Assembly (NCBI GenBank): GCA_942492065.1 | Contig: CALODV010000005.1 | Coordinates: 36,621-100,620 of the forward strand | Source: Candidatus Cloacimonadales bacterium | Lineage (GTDB): Bacteria; Cloacimonadota; Cloacimonadia; Cloacimonadales; JAIOQZ01 | Length of the DNA stretch: 64,000 nucleotides | Reading direction: 5' to 3' | Shown here: in pieces, positions 46,643 to 57,907 of the stretch | How the letters are laid out: each line of letters starts with the position of its first letter | How positions within the stretch are numbered: position 1 is the stretch's first letter | The notes under the pieces: model-generated | What the model was told of the DNA's origin: nothing | Databases searched by the model: none | Seen by the model: the letters and a program-made list of their open reading frames with translations, nothing else | Translations under genes and position numbers: made by a program

Positions 46643-49600
46643 TTACACTTCGTTGTCAGCAAGGAATTCAATATCAAAACATAATGATTTCAATTCACTA
46701 ACTAATACATTAAACGATTCCGGTACACCAGGTTGTGGTGGGTTATTACCGCTTGTTATAGCTTTAAAGGCGTTTGTTCTTCCATCAACATCATCAGATT
46801 TGATGGTGAGCATTTCTTCAAGAAGTCTTGCAGCACCATAAGCTTCAAGAGCCCAAACCTCCATCTCTCCAAGTCTCTGACCACCATGTTGAGCTTTACC
46901 GCCAAGTGGCTGCTGAGTAATGAGAGAGTAGGGACCTGTAGATCTTGCATGCATCTTATCTGCAATAAGGTGATTAAGTTTCAGCATGTAAATAATACCT
47001 ACTGTAACCCTTTCTTTAAAAGGTTCACCTGATTTACCATCGAAAAGCACTTGCTTACCATCTGTTGGTATACCTGCTTTAATCATTTCAGCTTCGATAT
47101 CTTCGTGTTTAGCACCATCGAACACCGGAGTTTCAGCATGGAAACCAAGAATTCTGGCAGCCATTCCGAGGTGAGTCTCAAGAATCTGACCAATATTCAT
47201 ACGTGAAGGCACACCAAGAGGATTCAGTATGATATCAACGGAAGTACCATCTTCCATGAACGGCATATCTTCGATTGGAGCAACTCTGGAAATAACGCCT
47301 TTGTTACCATGACGACCAGCCATTTTGTCACCAACCTGAATCTTACGTTTCTTGGCAATATGAACCTTAACCATTTTGCGAACCCCATAAGGAAGCTCAT
47401 CACCATGTTTAAGTCTGTCTTTTGCTTTTTTATAGATATTAGCACTTTCTTCTCTGGCAGCCTTAACCTGAAGCACTATATCATTGTATATTTTTTCATT
47501 AGTTTCTGCATCTTCTACAAGATCGTAGTTAAGATTCAGTTTTTTGAAGTTAATCTTCTTTATATCGTCCTTAGTAATCTTCTTACCTGATGGGATGAAG
47601 AACATGTTTGTTTTTTCATCAGAAATATTTTTAGATACATGACCTATTATCATTTCTGAAATCTGATCTTTCACGAATTTTTCAATACGTTTTGTCCTAT
47701 CAGCCTGCTCTGCTTTAAGACGTTCATACTCATCTTTCTTTTCTTCTTCATAATCATGAACATCTTCCAGTCTGGAGAATACCTTAACATCAATTACAAC
47801 ACCTTCCATGCCAGGTTTGGCTTTAAGTGATGTATTTGTGAAATCACCGGCTCTGTCTCCAAACAGTGCACGCATAAGATTTTCTTCAGGAGAAGGATCA
47901 ATATCAACACTTTTCGGTGTAATCTTACCGACAATAATATCTCCGGCTTTAATTACAGAACCAACCCTTACGATACCTGTTTTATCAAGATTTCTTAATG
48001 CTTGTGTCGGAACATTAGGAATATCGTAAGCAAGTTCTTCTTTACCGTTCTTTACGTTTCGAACAAGAACTTCCTGCTCTTCCAGATAAATGGAAGTAAG
48101 AATATCATCCCTTGCTACTCTTTCACTGAGAATAATAGCATCCTCATAGTTGAATCCGTACCACGGCATGAATGCAACAAGCATATTCTGACCGAGTGCA
48201 AATCTGTCACCTTCGATACATGGACCATCTGATAACAACTGACCTTCTTTAACCTTATCACCCGGTTTAACGATAGGTCTCTGATTAATAAGGGTATCCT
48301 GATTAGATCTGGCAAATTTTCTGAAATAGATTCTGTTTGTTGTCCCGATGTCTAAGTCAAGACCTGTATCAGATTCTTTTTTAAGATCAACATACTGAGA
48401 TGTTACGTTTGTAACCTCTGCATCGAAAGGAGCAAGTGCAACAACACCACTGTCTTTTGCAACAGTTTTTTCCATTCCGGTACCTACAATAGGAGTACTC
48501 GGGAATAAAAGAGGAACTGCCTGACGCTGCATGTTAGATCCCATGAGAGCCCTGTTCGCATCATCATGTTCCAGGAAAGGAATAAGAGATGCAGAAACAG
48601 AAACAATCTGCTGAGGAGAAACTTCAAGATACTGAACTTCATCCGGTTTAATCTGGAGATATTCATCTTTACATCTTGCGAAAACAATTTCATCAATAAT
48701 TTCAAGATCTTCACCAATAGTCACGTCTGCCTGAGCGATAACATATTTGTCTTCTTCTTCCGGTACAAGGTAATCAACCTGTTGAGTTACCTTAGCATTT
48801 TCCACCTTGATATATGGTGTTTCAAGAAAACCGAATCTGTTTATTCTTGAATATAACGCTGGAGAGGAAATCAAACCGATATTTGGTCCCTCAGGAGTTT
48901 CGATAGGACAAATTCTTCCGTAGTGTGAATAGTGAACGTCACGAACTTCGAATCCTGCTCTTTCTCTTGTGAGACCGCCGGGTCCGAGAGCTGACAAACG
49001 TCTTTTGTGAGTAAGTGCAGCGAGCGGATTAGTCTGTTCCATAAACTGTGAAAGCTGACCAGTAAGGAAGAATGCCTGAATAACAGCAATAAGAGCATTA
49101 CTGTTAATAAGATCGTGAACTGTTACTTCTTCTGAACTTGATATTGACATTCTTTCTATAGCTATTCTGGCTACTCTTAACAGACCGTTTGCATATTCTT
49201 CTTCAAGAAGTTCACCGACGGTTCTGATTCTACGATTTGAAAGGTGATCAATATCATCAACAGTATCTTCATTTCTGAATATCTCTACAAGTTTGTTAAC
49301 AATTGCAACAATATCTTCCCTGGTGAGAACATATTTATCGAGAGAAATATCAAGATCAAGTCTGCTGTTTATTTTGTAACGTCCCACTTCACCGAGATTG
49401 TATCTCTTTTCATTGAAGAACATTCTTTCTACTAGCTCTGAAGCCATTTCGTATGAAGGATCTTCGCCAGGACGAATAAGGTTATATATTTTCTTAACAG
49501 CTTCTTCTATATTAGCTGTAGCATCTTTTGCAATAGTATTTTCTAATATTTTTCCATGAATATCATATCCATCAGCAATAACCCATACTTTATCACAGCC

Positions 49601-50431
49601 TGCTTCAGAAAGTTCTTCCTGAATTTCTTTGGTGATTTCAGTACCGGCTTTGTAGAGTTCTTCTCCGTTTTCAGAGTCGAATACATCTTCATAAAGCAAT
49701 TTATCTTTTGCATCTTTTACGCTGATTTCTTCTTTTTCATAAAATGTTTTTCTAATATCTTCGTTGGTTGACACACCTACACTTCTTAAAAGCACAGTGA
49801 CAGGAAGTTTTCTTCTTTTATCAATGTGGACATACATTGTGTCATGAATATCAAGACTGAATTCAAGCCAGGATCCGTTATAAGGGATTACCTTTCCTGA
49901 ATAGATCTGTTTTCCGCTTGGGTGTTTTTCCTGAGTAAAGAAAACGCCCGGAGATCTGTGCAGCTGACTGATAATAACTCTTTCAGCTCCATTAATGATA
50001 AAAGTTCCCTGAGGAGTGATAAGAGGAATCTCACCAAGGAATACATCTTGTTCGATGATCTTTTTGACACGTTTTTCTTTTGCTTCTTTAAGAGCTTCCT
50101 CGTCATAAACGGTCAATTTCATTTTAGCTTTTACAGGTGCCTGGAATGTTAAATTTCTTTCAATACACTCATCTGTTGAATATTTTGGTTTCAGTATAAT
50201 ATAATTAATGAACTCAAGCAGGTACAATCCCTTTGAATCTTCAATAGGGAAAATACTTTCAAAAACAGCCTGAAGCCCACGTTTCTCACGTTTTTGAGGG
50301 TGACTATCTCTTTGCAGAAAAAGATCATAAGAATCAATCTGCATTGCCAATAAATTAGGAACTTCAACTTCAGGAAATCCTAAGTCTTCCGCTCTTCTTT
50401 TTATTCTTGAGTAATTTTTGAATTTCTTCAA
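46643..50431 (-). CDS. rpoB: RNA polymerase beta subunit
   Basis: QLSQF, HYGRICPIETPEG, GDKMAGRHGNKG and GQRLGEMEVWALE motifs. Confidence 0.99.
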   Translation of the reverse strand: MKKFKNYSRIKRRAEDLGFPEVEVPNLLAMQIDSYDLFLQRDSHPQKREKRGLQAVFESIFPIEDSKGLYLLEFINYIILKPKYSTDECIERNLTFQAPVKAKMKLTVYDEEALKEAKEKRVKKIIEQDVFLGEIPLITPQGTFIINGAERVIISQLHRSPGVFFTQEKHPSGKQIYSGKVIPYNGSWLEFSLDIHDTMYVHIDKRRKLPVTVLLRSVGVSTNEDIRKTFYEKEEISVKDAKDKLLYEDVFDSENGEELYKAGTEITKEIQEELSEAGCDKVWVIADGYDIHGKILENTIAKDATANIEEAVKKIYNLIRPGEDPSYEMASELVERMFFNEKRYNLGEVGRYKINSRLDLDISLDKYVLTREDIVAIVNKLVEIFRNEDTVDDIDHLSNRRIRTVGELLEEEYANGLLRVARIAIERMSISSSEEVTVHDLINSNALIAVIQAFFLTGQLSQFMEQTNPLAALTHKRRLSALGPGGLTRERAGFEVRDVHYSHYGRICPIETPEGPNIGLISSPALYSRINRFGFLETPYIKVENAKVTQQVDYLVPEEEDKYVIAQADVTIGEDLEIIDEIVFARCKDEYLQIKPDEVQYLEVSPQQIVSVSASLIPFLEHDDANRALMGSNMQRQAVPLLFPSTPIVGTGMEKTVAKDSGVVALAPFDAEVTNVTSQYVDLKKESDTGLDLDIGTTNRIYFRKFARSNQDTLINQRPIVKPGDKVKEGQLLSDGPCIEGDRFALGQNMLVAFMPWYGFNYEDAIILSERVARDDILTSIYLEEQEVLVRNVKNGKEELAYDIPNVPTQALRNLDKTGIVRVGSVIKAGDIIVGKITPKSVDIDPSPEENLMRALFGDRAGDFTNTSLKAKPGMEGVVIDVKVFSRLEDVHDYEEEKKDEYERLKAEQADRTKRIEKFVKDQISEMIIGHVSKNISDEKTNMFFIPSGKKITKDDIKKINFKKLNLNYDLVEDAETNEKIYNDIVLQVKAAREESANIYKKAKDRLKHGDELPYGVRKMVKVHIAKKRKIQVGDKMAGRHGNKGVISRVAPIEDMPFMEDGTSVDIILNPLGVPSRMNIGQILETHLGMAARILGFHAETPVFDGAKHEDIEAEMIKAGIPTDGKQVLFDGKSGEPFKERVTVGIIYMLKLNHLIADKMHARSTGPYSLITQQPLGGKAQHGGQRLGEMEVWALEAYGAARLLEEMLTIKSDDVDGRTNAFKAITSGNNPPQPGVPESFNVLVSELKSLCFDIEFLADNEV

Positions 50432-50715
50432 CGATGATCTCCTTTGGCAATTATTTATTCCGTTCCATTACGGACCTTCTTGTTCAAGTTCTTTAGATTG
50501 AGTGATATTGTAATACTGAAATTGCCTGAGTAACAAAATTTGCCTTCAGACCTGAGCCTGGTTTTAATAGAAAAACAACAATTATCATTAAAACAATTCA
50601 ATTTCATTTTACTGCTCATCAAAATTTTTCACATTCCTATAGAACTAATGTTAATCGTTGAATTTAAACATCAATAGTGCTGAATTCCTCAGCACCGCAT
50701 ATGTTGAAAATAGAA

Positions 50716-50754
50716 ATAAAGTGGGTGCGCTCAAAATGACACTACCCACTTTAT
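50716..50754 (-). terminator. Terminator hairpin after rplL
   Basis: taaagtgggt...acccacttta stem in the rplL-rpoB spacer. Confidence 0.65.
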
Positions 50755-50767
50755 ATAAATATTAGAA

Positions 50768-51142
50768 TTACTTGATCTCAACAGTCGCACCAGCTTCTTC
50801 AATTTTTGCTTTGATTGATTCAGCTTCGTCTTTGGACACGCCTTCAACGAGAGGTTTTGGACAACCGTCTACGAGTTCTTTAGCTTCTTTAAGTCCAAGT
50901 TTTGTAATTGTGCGAACAACTTTAATTGTTTGAATTTTTTTGTCACCAGCGCCTGTAAGAATTACGTCAAATTCAGTTTTTTCTTCAGCTTCTTCAGCTG
51001 CTGCTGGAGCTGCACCTGCTACTGCAACTGGAGCTGCAGCGGTAACACCAAATACTTCTTCAAATTCTTTTACTAATTCTGAAAGTTCAAGAACGGTCAT
51101 TTCCTTTATAATATCAAGAACTTGTTGCTTTTTATCAGCCAT
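50768..51142 (-). CDS. rplL: 50S ribosomal protein L7/L12
   Basis: ATG at 51142 (MADKK) with [30 protein letters not shown]. Confidence 0.97.
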   Translation of the reverse strand: MADKKQQVLDIIKEMTVLELSELVKEFEEVFGVTAAAPVAVAGAAPAAAEEAEEKTEFDVILTGAGDKKIQTIKVVRTITKLGLKEAKELVDGCPKPLVEGVSKDEAESIKAKIEEAGATVEIK

Positions 51143-51164
51143 TTTTCCTCCAAATGATAAATAT

Positions 51165-51701
51165 TTAATTATTTTCTGCTTTTGATTTTGCCAATGCATC
51201 TACAGCGTAGGCAAACTGTCTCATGATACCCTGTAATACACCTAAGAATCCTGTCATTGGAGCGTTAAATGCCCCAAGTGTTTTACCGAGTAACTCTTCT
51301 CTAGACGGAAGTTTTGCAAGTGAATTAAGATCAGCAACAGACATTAATCCACCGTCAACATATCCAATTTTGAATTTAGGAAAATCTTTCTCTTCCATCA
51401 CATCTTTGTAAAACTTTACGAACTCTCTTGCAGGAGCAACTTCATCTGCCTTGCTAACTGCGCAGGCTGTAGGTCCTTTAAGATAATCATCAAGTTCGTT
51501 AATTCCCAATTCATTCAAAGCTACTTTAATGAATGTGTTTTTGGAAACAAAGTAATCAACTTCAGCATTTCGAAATCTGTTTCTTAATTCGTCAACTTCC
51601 TCAATATTGACACCTTTATAGTCTATAAGGACTATAGATTTGGCATCAGATAATCGTTCCTTTAAGCTGCCGACTTCATCAATTTTGTACTTTTGTAACA
51701 T
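51165..51701 (-). CDS. rplJ: 50S ribosomal protein L10
   Basis: [22 protein letters not shown]. Confidence 0.96.
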   Translation of the reverse strand: MLQKYKIDEVGSLKERLSDAKSIVLIDYKGVNIEEVDELRNRFRNAEVDYFVSKNTFIKVALNELGINELDDYLKGPTACAVSKADEVAPAREFVKFYKDVMEEKDFPKFKIGYVDGGLMSVADLNSLAKLPSREELLGKTLGAFNAPMTGFLGVLQGIMRQFAYAVDALAKSKAENN

Positions 51702-51709
51702 ACTGTCTC

Positions 51710-52414
51710 CTATTTCTTAGATTCAAGTGTAGCAGCAGCTACATTGAGTTTAATTCCTGGGTTCATAGTAGAAGTTACGGTAATACTTTTGATATACTGA
51801 CCTTTAACAGCAGCAGGACGATCTTTTAAGATAGCAGCAATAATTGCTATAAGATTCCCTTTGAGCTTGTCAATATCGAAACTGATTTTACCAGCCGGAA
51901 CGTGCAGATTAGAAAACTTGTCAACACGGTATGCAACTTTACCGAATTTAGCTTCTTTAACTACATTTCCAACTTCCATTGTAACAGTTCCAACTTTCGG
52001 GTTTGGCATAAGACCTCGAGGTCCGAGTACTCTACCTAAACGCCCGATCTTACCCATAAGGTTAGGAGTGGCAATGACCATATCAAAGTCTAACCATCCT
52101 GATTGAATCTTTTCGACATACTCATCGAGCCCAACGTAATCTGCTCCGGCTTCTTTCGCTTCTTCAGCTTTATCACCTTCTGCAAAAACCAATACAGTAA
52201 CTTTTTTACCGGTTCCGTTTGGGAGAACCAGAGAGTTTCTGATTTGCTGATCTGCTTTTCTTGGGTCAACCCCGAGATTCATATGCAGTTCAACTGTTTC
52301 ATCGAATTTTGCTTTAGGGAATTGCTTAAGAATGTCAAGAGCTTCGTCAAGAGTGTAGCGCTGATTCTTGTCTACAAGATCCTTTGCGTTCCTGTACTTC
52401 TTACTCTCTTTCAT
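51710..52414 (-). CDS. rplA: 50S ribosomal protein L1
   Basis: [36 protein letters not shown]. Confidence 0.98.
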   Translation of the reverse strand: MKESKKYRNAKDLVDKNQRYTLDEALDILKQFPKAKFDETVELHMNLGVDPRKADQQIRNSLVLPNGTGKKVTVLVFAEGDKAEEAKEAGADYVGLDEYVEKIQSGWLDFDMVIATPNLMGKIGRLGRVLGPRGLMPNPKVGTVTMEVGNVVKEAKFGKVAYRVDKFSNLHVPAGKISFDIDKLKGNLIAIIAAILKDRPAAVKGQYIKSITVTSTMNPGIKLNVAAATLESKK

Positions 52415-52481
52415 CTATTCTCCTTATGAATATAATCTCCTGCAGGGTAAATTTTGGATTGAGTCATGTAATAAGGGGATA

Positions 52482-52910
52482 TTACTTAACGACTACTCCC
52501 ATACTCCTTGCAGTACCTTTGACCATATTCATAGCCCCTTTTAAATCGTAAGCATTTAAATCTTGCATTTTAATTTCTGCAATTTTTTTAACTTGTTCGT
52601 TGGTAATTTTACCAACTTTATCTTTGTTAGGTTCTGATGAACCTTTAGCGAGTCCGGCTTCCTTTCTGATTAAAACAGATGCTGGAGGTGTTTTAATTTC
52701 AAAAGAAAAGCTCTTGTTTTTCATGACAGAAATGATAACTGGGAAAATCATTCCCGGTTGATCTTTTGTTTTATCATTAAACTGTCTGCAAAAATCACCA
52801 ATATTGATTCCAGCCTGCCCCAATGCAGGTCCTACTGGTGGCGCCGGAGTAGCTTGTCCAGCGGGAAGCTGTAACTTAATTGTGTTAACAACGTTTTTTG
52901 GTTTTGCCAT
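52482..52910 (-). CDS. rplK: 50S ribosomal protein L11
   Basis: [26 protein letters not shown]. Confidence 0.98.
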   Translation of the reverse strand: MAKPKNVVNTIKLQLPAGQATPAPPVGPALGQAGINIGDFCRQFNDKTKDQPGMIFPVIISVMKNKSFSFEIKTPPASVLIRKEAGLAKGSSEPNKDKVGKITNEQVKKIAEIKMQDLNAYDLKGAMNMVKGTARSMGVVVK

Positions 52911-52921
52911 TTCAACCTCTA

Positions 52922-53446
52922 TTATTTATTAATTTGTACATTATCGGCAGCAATTTCAACCGGAGTAACACGTCCAAACACAGTCACATCTACAGTTAAC
53001 TTATTACTGTCTGCACTTACGTGCTTGATTACGCCTTCAAAATCGGTAAATGGACCGGAAGTAATCATTACTATATCCCCTGGAAGGAAATCATATCCAT
53101 TTTTCTTATCGCTGTCGCGATCATTAATACCAAGAAGTCTGTTTACTTCTTCAACAGATAATGGTATTGCTTTTTTTCCGGTTCCAAGAAAGTTAGTCAC
53201 ACCTGGCATTCTTCTTACAAATGCATATACTTCAGGGGTCAGATCAGCTTCAAGAATAATATAACTGTTGAAAACTTTCTTTTCCCTTTCTACTTTTTTA
53301 CCGTCTCTTATCACGAAAGTTTTCTGTGTGGGAATAAGTATCTGACCTATTTTGTCTTCAAAAGGAGTATCTATTTTACCTTTCTCGATCAATTCCTTGA
53401 TCTTGAACTCCTGTGAAGCAAAGGTGTGAACAACATACCATTTCAT
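52922..53446 (-). CDS. nusG: Transcription elongation factor NusG
   Basis: WYVVHT..E; KOW motif [18 protein letters not shown]. Confidence 0.97.
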   Translation of the reverse strand: MKWYVVHTFASQEFKIKELIEKGKIDTPFEDKIGQILIPTQKTFVIRDGKKVEREKKVFNSYIILEADLTPEVYAFVRRMPGVTNFLGTGKKAIPLSVEEVNRLLGINDRDSDKKNGYDFLPGDIVMITSGPFTDFEGVIKHVSADSNKLTVDVTVFGRVTPVEIAADNVQINK

Positions 53447-53451
53447 TATAA

Positions 53452-53640
53452 TTAACCTCTAAAAATCACGTATTTCAGGATTACACTGAAAGCAGAATCA
53501 ACAATCCAGAGAAACATGGAAGTGATAGCACCCATAACTATTACAACTGTTGTACCTTCTTTAAGGTCAGCTTTTGTTGGCCAGTTAATGAACTTCATTT
53601 CCTGTCTCACGTCTTTTAAAAACTTTATAAGTCTATTCAT
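53452..53640 (-). CDS. secE: Preprotein translocase subunit SecE
   Basis: FLKDVRQEMKFINWPT + one TM. The ORF track extension to 53760 runs into tRNA-Trp. Confidence 0.92.
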   Translation of the reverse strand: MNRLIKFLKDVRQEMKFINWPTKADLKEGTTVVIVMGAITSMFLWIVDSAFSVILKYVIFRG

Positions 53641-53699
53641 AAGCAACTCTTTTTTATTATAAATAAAAGGAAGAGATGAACTCATCCTTTTATAATTAA

Positions 53700-53775
53700 T
53701 GGCAGGACAGGCAGGAATCGAACCCGCAACCCCTGGTTTTGGAGACCAGTGCTCTGCCAATTGAGCTACTATCCT
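53700..53775 (-). tRNA. trnW: tRNA-Trp(CCA)
   Basis: AGGATAGTAGCTCAATTGG...CTCCAAA...GTTCGATTCC...CCTGCCA. Confidence 0.97.
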
Positions 53776-53786
53776 ACCGAAATTTA

Positions 53787-53936
53787 TTATTTAGTTTGCT
53801 TATGGCTTGTGTGCTTATTGCATTTTGGGCAGTACTTTTTCAACTCAAGACGACCAGGGTGGTTACGTCTATTCTTTGTTGTTGAATAGTTTCTGTTTTT
53901 GCATTCAGCACAAGCCATTATAATTATTTCTCTCAT
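53787..53936 (-). CDS. rpmG: 50S ribosomal protein L33 (zinc-binding C+ type)
   Basis: Manual translation [49 protein letters not shown]; 49 aa, absent from the ORF track. Confidence 0.96.
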   Translation of the reverse strand: MREIIIMACAECKNRNYSTTKNRRNHPGRLELKKYCPKCNKHTSHKQTK

Positions 53937-53952
53937 TTTCTTTCTCTATCTT

Positions 53953-55146
53953 TTAGTCATCAATAACATCACCGACAACGCCAGCGCCGATAGTTCTTCC
54001 ACCTTCACGAATAGCGAAGCGAAGACCTTTCTCCATAGCGATCGGTGTAATAAGTTCTACGTCTACTGTTACGTTATCACCCGGCATTACCATTTCTACA
54101 CCTTCTGGTAATGTAAGACTTCCCGTAACGTCTGTTGTTCTGAAGTAAAACTGTGGGCGGTAACCACTGAAGAATGGCTTGTGTCGTCCACCTTCATCTT
54201 TGGTTAATACATAAGTTTCACCTTTGAACTTAGTGTGTGGGGTGATGGATTTTGGTTTTGCAAGCACCATTCCGCGTTCTACATCGCTTTTAGCCATACC
54301 GCGAAGAAGGATACCTACGTTATCTCCAGCTTCTCCCTGCTCAAGAATCTTACGGAACATTTCTACACCGGTACACACGACTTCTACTGTTTCGCGGATA
54401 CCGATACGTGCCATTTTCTCTCCCATCTTGATTACGCCACGCTCAATTTTACCTGTCGCTACTGTTCCACGACCAGGAATTGAGAATACGTCCTCAACTG
54501 GCATTAAGAATGGCTTGTCTGTATCACGTTCAGGAAGTGGTACATACTCGTCTACTCTGTCCATCAGTTCTTGAATCTGTGCTTCACCTTCAGGATCTGC
54601 ATTAAGAGCTTTCAAAGCGGATCCCATTACGATTGGAATATCGTCGCCTGGGAAATCGTATTCTGATAATAAGTCTCTTACTTCAAGCTCTACAAGTTCT
54701 AATAATTCTTCATCATCTACGAGATCGCATTTGTTAAGAAATACTACCATTGCCGGTACTCCAACCTGACGCGCAAGAAGGATGTGCTCTCGTGTCTGAG
54801 GCATTGGACCGTCTGCTGCACTTACTACAAGTATAGCGCCGTCCATCTGAGCTGCTCCGGTGATCATGTTCTTTACATAATCCGCGTGACCTGGACAATC
54901 CACGTGTGCGTAGTGACGATTCTCTGTCTCATACTCTACGTGTGCTGTTGCGATGGTGATACCACGCTCACGCTCTTCCGGTGCGTTATCAATACTGTCG
55001 AATGATCTGAATTCAGCCGCACCACCCTTTTTCTTACTAAGATAAAGAGTTATCGCTGCTGTCAATGTTGTTTTTCCATGATCAACGTGGCCTATTGTAC
55101 CAATGTTGACATGAGGTTTCGTGCGAACAAATTTTTCCTTAGCCAT
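53953..55146 (-). CDS. tuf: Elongation factor Tu
   Basis: [29 protein letters not shown] and FRTTDVTG motifs; GGAGG RBS. Confidence 0.99.
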   Translation of the reverse strand: MAKEKFVRTKPHVNIGTIGHVDHGKTTLTAAITLYLSKKKGGAAEFRSFDSIDNAPEERERGITIATAHVEYETENRHYAHVDCPGHADYVKNMITGAAQMDGAILVVSAADGPMPQTREHILLARQVGVPAMVVFLNKCDLVDDEELLELVELEVRDLLSEYDFPGDDIPIVMGSALKALNADPEGEAQIQELMDRVDEYVPLPERDTDKPFLMPVEDVFSIPGRGTVATGKIERGVIKMGEKMARIGIRETVEVVCTGVEMFRKILEQGEAGDNVGILLRGMAKSDVERGMVLAKPKSITPHTKFKGETYVLTKDEGGRHKPFFSGYRPQFYFRTTDVTGSLTLPEGVEMVMPGDNVTVDVELITPIAMEKGLRFAIREGGRTIGAGVVGDVIDD

Positions 55147-55242
55147 CGTTCCTCCAGGGCTATACATTATTATATTATATATATTTAAACAATAAATATC
55201 ATTTACGATTTTCTGTCAAAAAAAACATAAACAAAAAAATTA

Positions 55243-55318
55243 TGGAGCTCATGACCGGACTTGAACCGGTGACCTCATCCTTACCAAGGATGTGCTCTAC
55301 CGACTGAGCTACATGAGC
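55243..55318 (-). tRNA. trnT: tRNA-Thr(GGT)
   Basis: GCTCATGTAGCTCAG...TTGGTAA...GTTCAAGTC...GAGCTCCA. Confidence 0.97.
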
Positions 55319-55341
55319 AGACTCCATTTACATAAAAAAAA

Positions 55342-55418
55342 TGGAGCGGGAAACGAGATTCGAACTCGCGACCCTCAGCTTGGAAGGCTGATGCTCTAGC
55401 CAGCTGAGCTATTCCCGC
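55342..55418 (-). tRNA. trnG: tRNA-Gly(TCC)
   Basis: GCGGGAATAGCTCAG...CTTCCAA...GTTCGAATC...CGCTCCA. Confidence 0.97.
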
Positions 55419-55425
55419 TCAATTA

Positions 55426-55510
55426 TGGTGGAGAGGGGAGGATTCGAACCTCCGAAGGCTTCGCCGACAGATTTACAGTCTGTTCCCTTTGACCGCTCGG
55501 GAACCTCTCC
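55426..55510 (-). tRNA. trnY: tRNA-Tyr(GTA)
   Basis: GGAGAGGTTCCCGAG...CTGTAAA, long variable arm, ...TCTCCACCA. Confidence 0.97.
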
Positions 55511-55517
55511 GAATATA

Positions 55518-55592
55518 TGGAGCCGATGAAGGGAGTTGAACCCCCGACCGACTGATTACAAATCAGTTGCTCTACCACTGAGCTACATCGGC
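55518..55592 (-). tRNA. trnT: tRNA-Thr(TGT)
   Basis: GCCGATGTAGCTCAG...TTTGTAA...GTTCAACTC...CGGCTCCA. Confidence 0.97.
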
Positions 55593-55829
55593 TTTATTAA
55601 TCAACTGTGAGAACACAAAATTAACCATCAACTTTCTTGTCAATATTTTTTTCACTCTATTTTTCTTTTTCAAAAATCAATCAAACTCATCATATGTGAG
55701 CGGTGCAAAATACAGATTCACCGTGAATTTCTGTCAATATATTTTTACTTTTTTCTTCATTTTTGCCTAATATCTCTATTTTTCAAAGAAATAGACATAA
55801 TTTATTAACTGTATCTTTATAGTGAAAAT

Positions 55830-57212
55830 TTACTTCATGGTCCACTTCGTTCCATCAGGAGTATCCATTAAGACAATCCCCAGAGCCTTTAAATCGTCCC
55901 TGATCATGTCAGAATATTCCCACATTTTTTCTTTTTTAAATGCATTTCTGCACTTGATGAGCAAGCTGATCAGCTCTTCAGAGCTCTCTCCGCTCTTCAA
56001 TTTTTCTTCCGGGTTCTGGAAAAATCCCAGTGAACCACCCAGTTTTAACAGCAGAGAAGCTGCCATTTTTCTCTCAGATTCTTCGACCGAGAAGTTTTTG
56101 ACAGTCTTAGAAAGTTCAAAAAGCACGGCAATTGCTTTTGCGGTATTGAAATCATCCTGCATTGCTGCATTAAATTCTTCTTCATATCGGCTCATTCTGT
56201 CGTCAACCTTCAATTCTCTGACCTCTTTCAGATCAATCATACTGAGAGCATCGTAAAAATTAGCCACAGCCTTTTCAGATTCAGCCAGAATATCTGCATT
56301 ATAGTCTATTGGACTTCTGTAGTGCTTAGAAAGGAAATAAAAGCGTACAGTCTCAGAATCATACTTTTCCAGTACTTCTCTTGCCAGGAAGAAATTTTTG
56401 AGGCTCTTGGACATCTTTTCACCATCAATATTGAGAAAACCGACATGCATCCATACCTTGGCAAGTTCGCTATGATAAAGAGCTTTTGCCTGGGCATTTT
56501 CGTTTTCATGGTGAGGGAATAATAAATCAGTACCGCCACCATGGATATCAAATGGAACACCAAGCAGGTCTTTAGACATTACAACACATTCTGTATGCCA
56601 TCCAGGTCTGCCTTTTCCCCATGGAGATCCCCATTCAGGTTCCCCCGGTTTAGCAGCCTTCCACAATGTAAAATCAGCAGGATTCTTTTTAGCTGTATTT
56701 TCTGCAACTCTAGCACCGGCAATCAGATCTTCAACTTTTCTCCCGGAGAGGGAACCGTAGCCTCTAAATGAGTCAACAGAGAAGTATACATCTCCATTTT
56801 GCTCATAAGCAAAACCATTATCAACAAGTTCTTTTATAAACCTGATCATCTCTTTAATGTACTTAGTTGCTTTAGGCTGATGAGTAGGAGTATCAATTCC
56901 AAGCTTTGCTCTGTCTTCATTAAAAGCACTGATGTATTTCTCAGCCACCTTAGAAGACTCAACATCTTCCTCAATAGCCTGAGCTATAATTTTATCGTCT
57001 ATATCAGTTAAGTTCTGCACGTAATTCACATCATAACCGATAAACTCGAAATATCTTTTTACTACATCGAAAAACATGAATGTTCTGGCATTACCAATAT
57101 GGAAGTAATTGTATACGGTAGGTCCGCAGGCATACATTCTGATCTTACCTTCTTCTATTGGTTTGAACTCTTCTTTTTTACGTGTATAACTATTATATAT
57201 CTTCACTTTCAT
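55830..57212 (-). CDS. cysS: Cysteinyl-tRNA synthetase
   Basis: CGPTVY..HIGN, GRPGWHTEC, HGGG.DL.FPHHENE and KMSKS motifs; likely ATG at 57212. Confidence 0.97.
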   Translation of the reverse strand: MKVKIYNSYTRKKEEFKPIEEGKIRMYACGPTVYNYFHIGNARTFMFFDVVKRYFEFIGYDVNYVQNLTDIDDKIIAQAIEEDVESSKVAEKYISAFNEDRAKLGIDTPTHQPKATKYIKEMIRFIKELVDNGFAYEQNGDVYFSVDSFRGYGSLSGRKVEDLIAGARVAENTAKKNPADFTLWKAAKPGEPEWGSPWGKGRPGWHTECVVMSKDLLGVPFDIHGGGTDLLFPHHENENAQAKALYHSELAKVWMHVGFLNIDGEKMSKSLKNFFLAREVLEKYDSETVRFYFLSKHYRSPIDYNADILAESEKAVANFYDALSMIDLKEVRELKVDDRMSRYEEEFNAAMQDDFNTAKAIAVLFELSKTVKNFSVEESERKMAASLLLKLGGSLGFFQNPEEKLKSGESSEELISLLIKCRNAFKKEKMWEYSDMIRDDLKALGIVLMDTPDGTKWTMK

Positions 57213-57756
57213 TCTCCCTGAATTTATCATTTATAAGTACAGTAAGCGATTGATTCCCATATTTATTATCAAACAATACTCTATACTTTTCAGAAACAAC
57301 CTGCTCATAAGATGAATGCTCAATCACGAGTAGTCCGTCTTCCTTCAGAACATCCATTTCCTGCACTAAGTCTATTGTTTTTTTTATTAACCCCTTATCA
57401 TACGGGGGATCCATCAGGATCAGGTCATATTTCTTTTCCGTTACTTTGAGATAGGCTGAAACTTTACGTTTGTTTACCCTACATATACTTCGGACATCAA
57501 GCATGTCGACATTACGGAACAGTGTTTTCATCGCGTTTGAAGACATTTCTATAAAGTCAACAAATGCTGCTCCGCGACTAAGCGCTTCAAGTCCGAGACT
57601 CCCTGTACCTGCATAAAGATCCAGAACCAGATTATCGTCACAATCCTCAATCACGGAAAACATTGCTTCCTTCATGAAATCGGTTGTAGGTCTTGTTCTG
57701 TTTCCCGGTATTGTATGCAGTTTTCGTCCTTTATATTTACCGGTTATAATTCTCAT
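57193..57756 (-). CDS. rsmD: 16S rRNA m2G966 methyltransferase
   Basis: MRIITGKYKGRKL..TRPT..LDLYAGTGSLG.EALSRGA..DPPY. Confidence 0.93.
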   Translation of the reverse strand: MRIITGKYKGRKLHTIPGNRTRPTTDFMKEAMFSVIEDCDDNLVLDLYAGTGSLGLEALSRGAAFVDFIEMSSNAMKTLFRNVDMLDVRSICRVNKRKVSAYLKVTEKKYDLILMDPPYDKGLIKKTIDLVQEMDVLKEDGLLVIEHSSYEQVVSEKYRVLFDNKYGNQSLTVLINDKFRENESEDI

Positions 57757-57907
57757 TTCTTTTTCTTTCTTTTCGGTTTAAAATTAAGTGTCAATTGAAC
57801 TGATCTTGGTTCGAATTTTGGACATCCAAGCAAGATAATATGATCCGGTTGTTTGCATTTCCTGAGACACTTTTCGCAAAGTTTATTTATTTTTTTATCT
57901 TTTTCCA

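Noticed and set aside
42479-50431. Inteins or introns in rpoB/rpoC
   Set aside because: Lengths and motif order are ordinary; no insertion with splicing motifs seen.
53641-53760. N-terminal extension of SecE in the ORF track
   Set aside because: It overlaps tRNA-Trp; the true start is the ATG at 53640.
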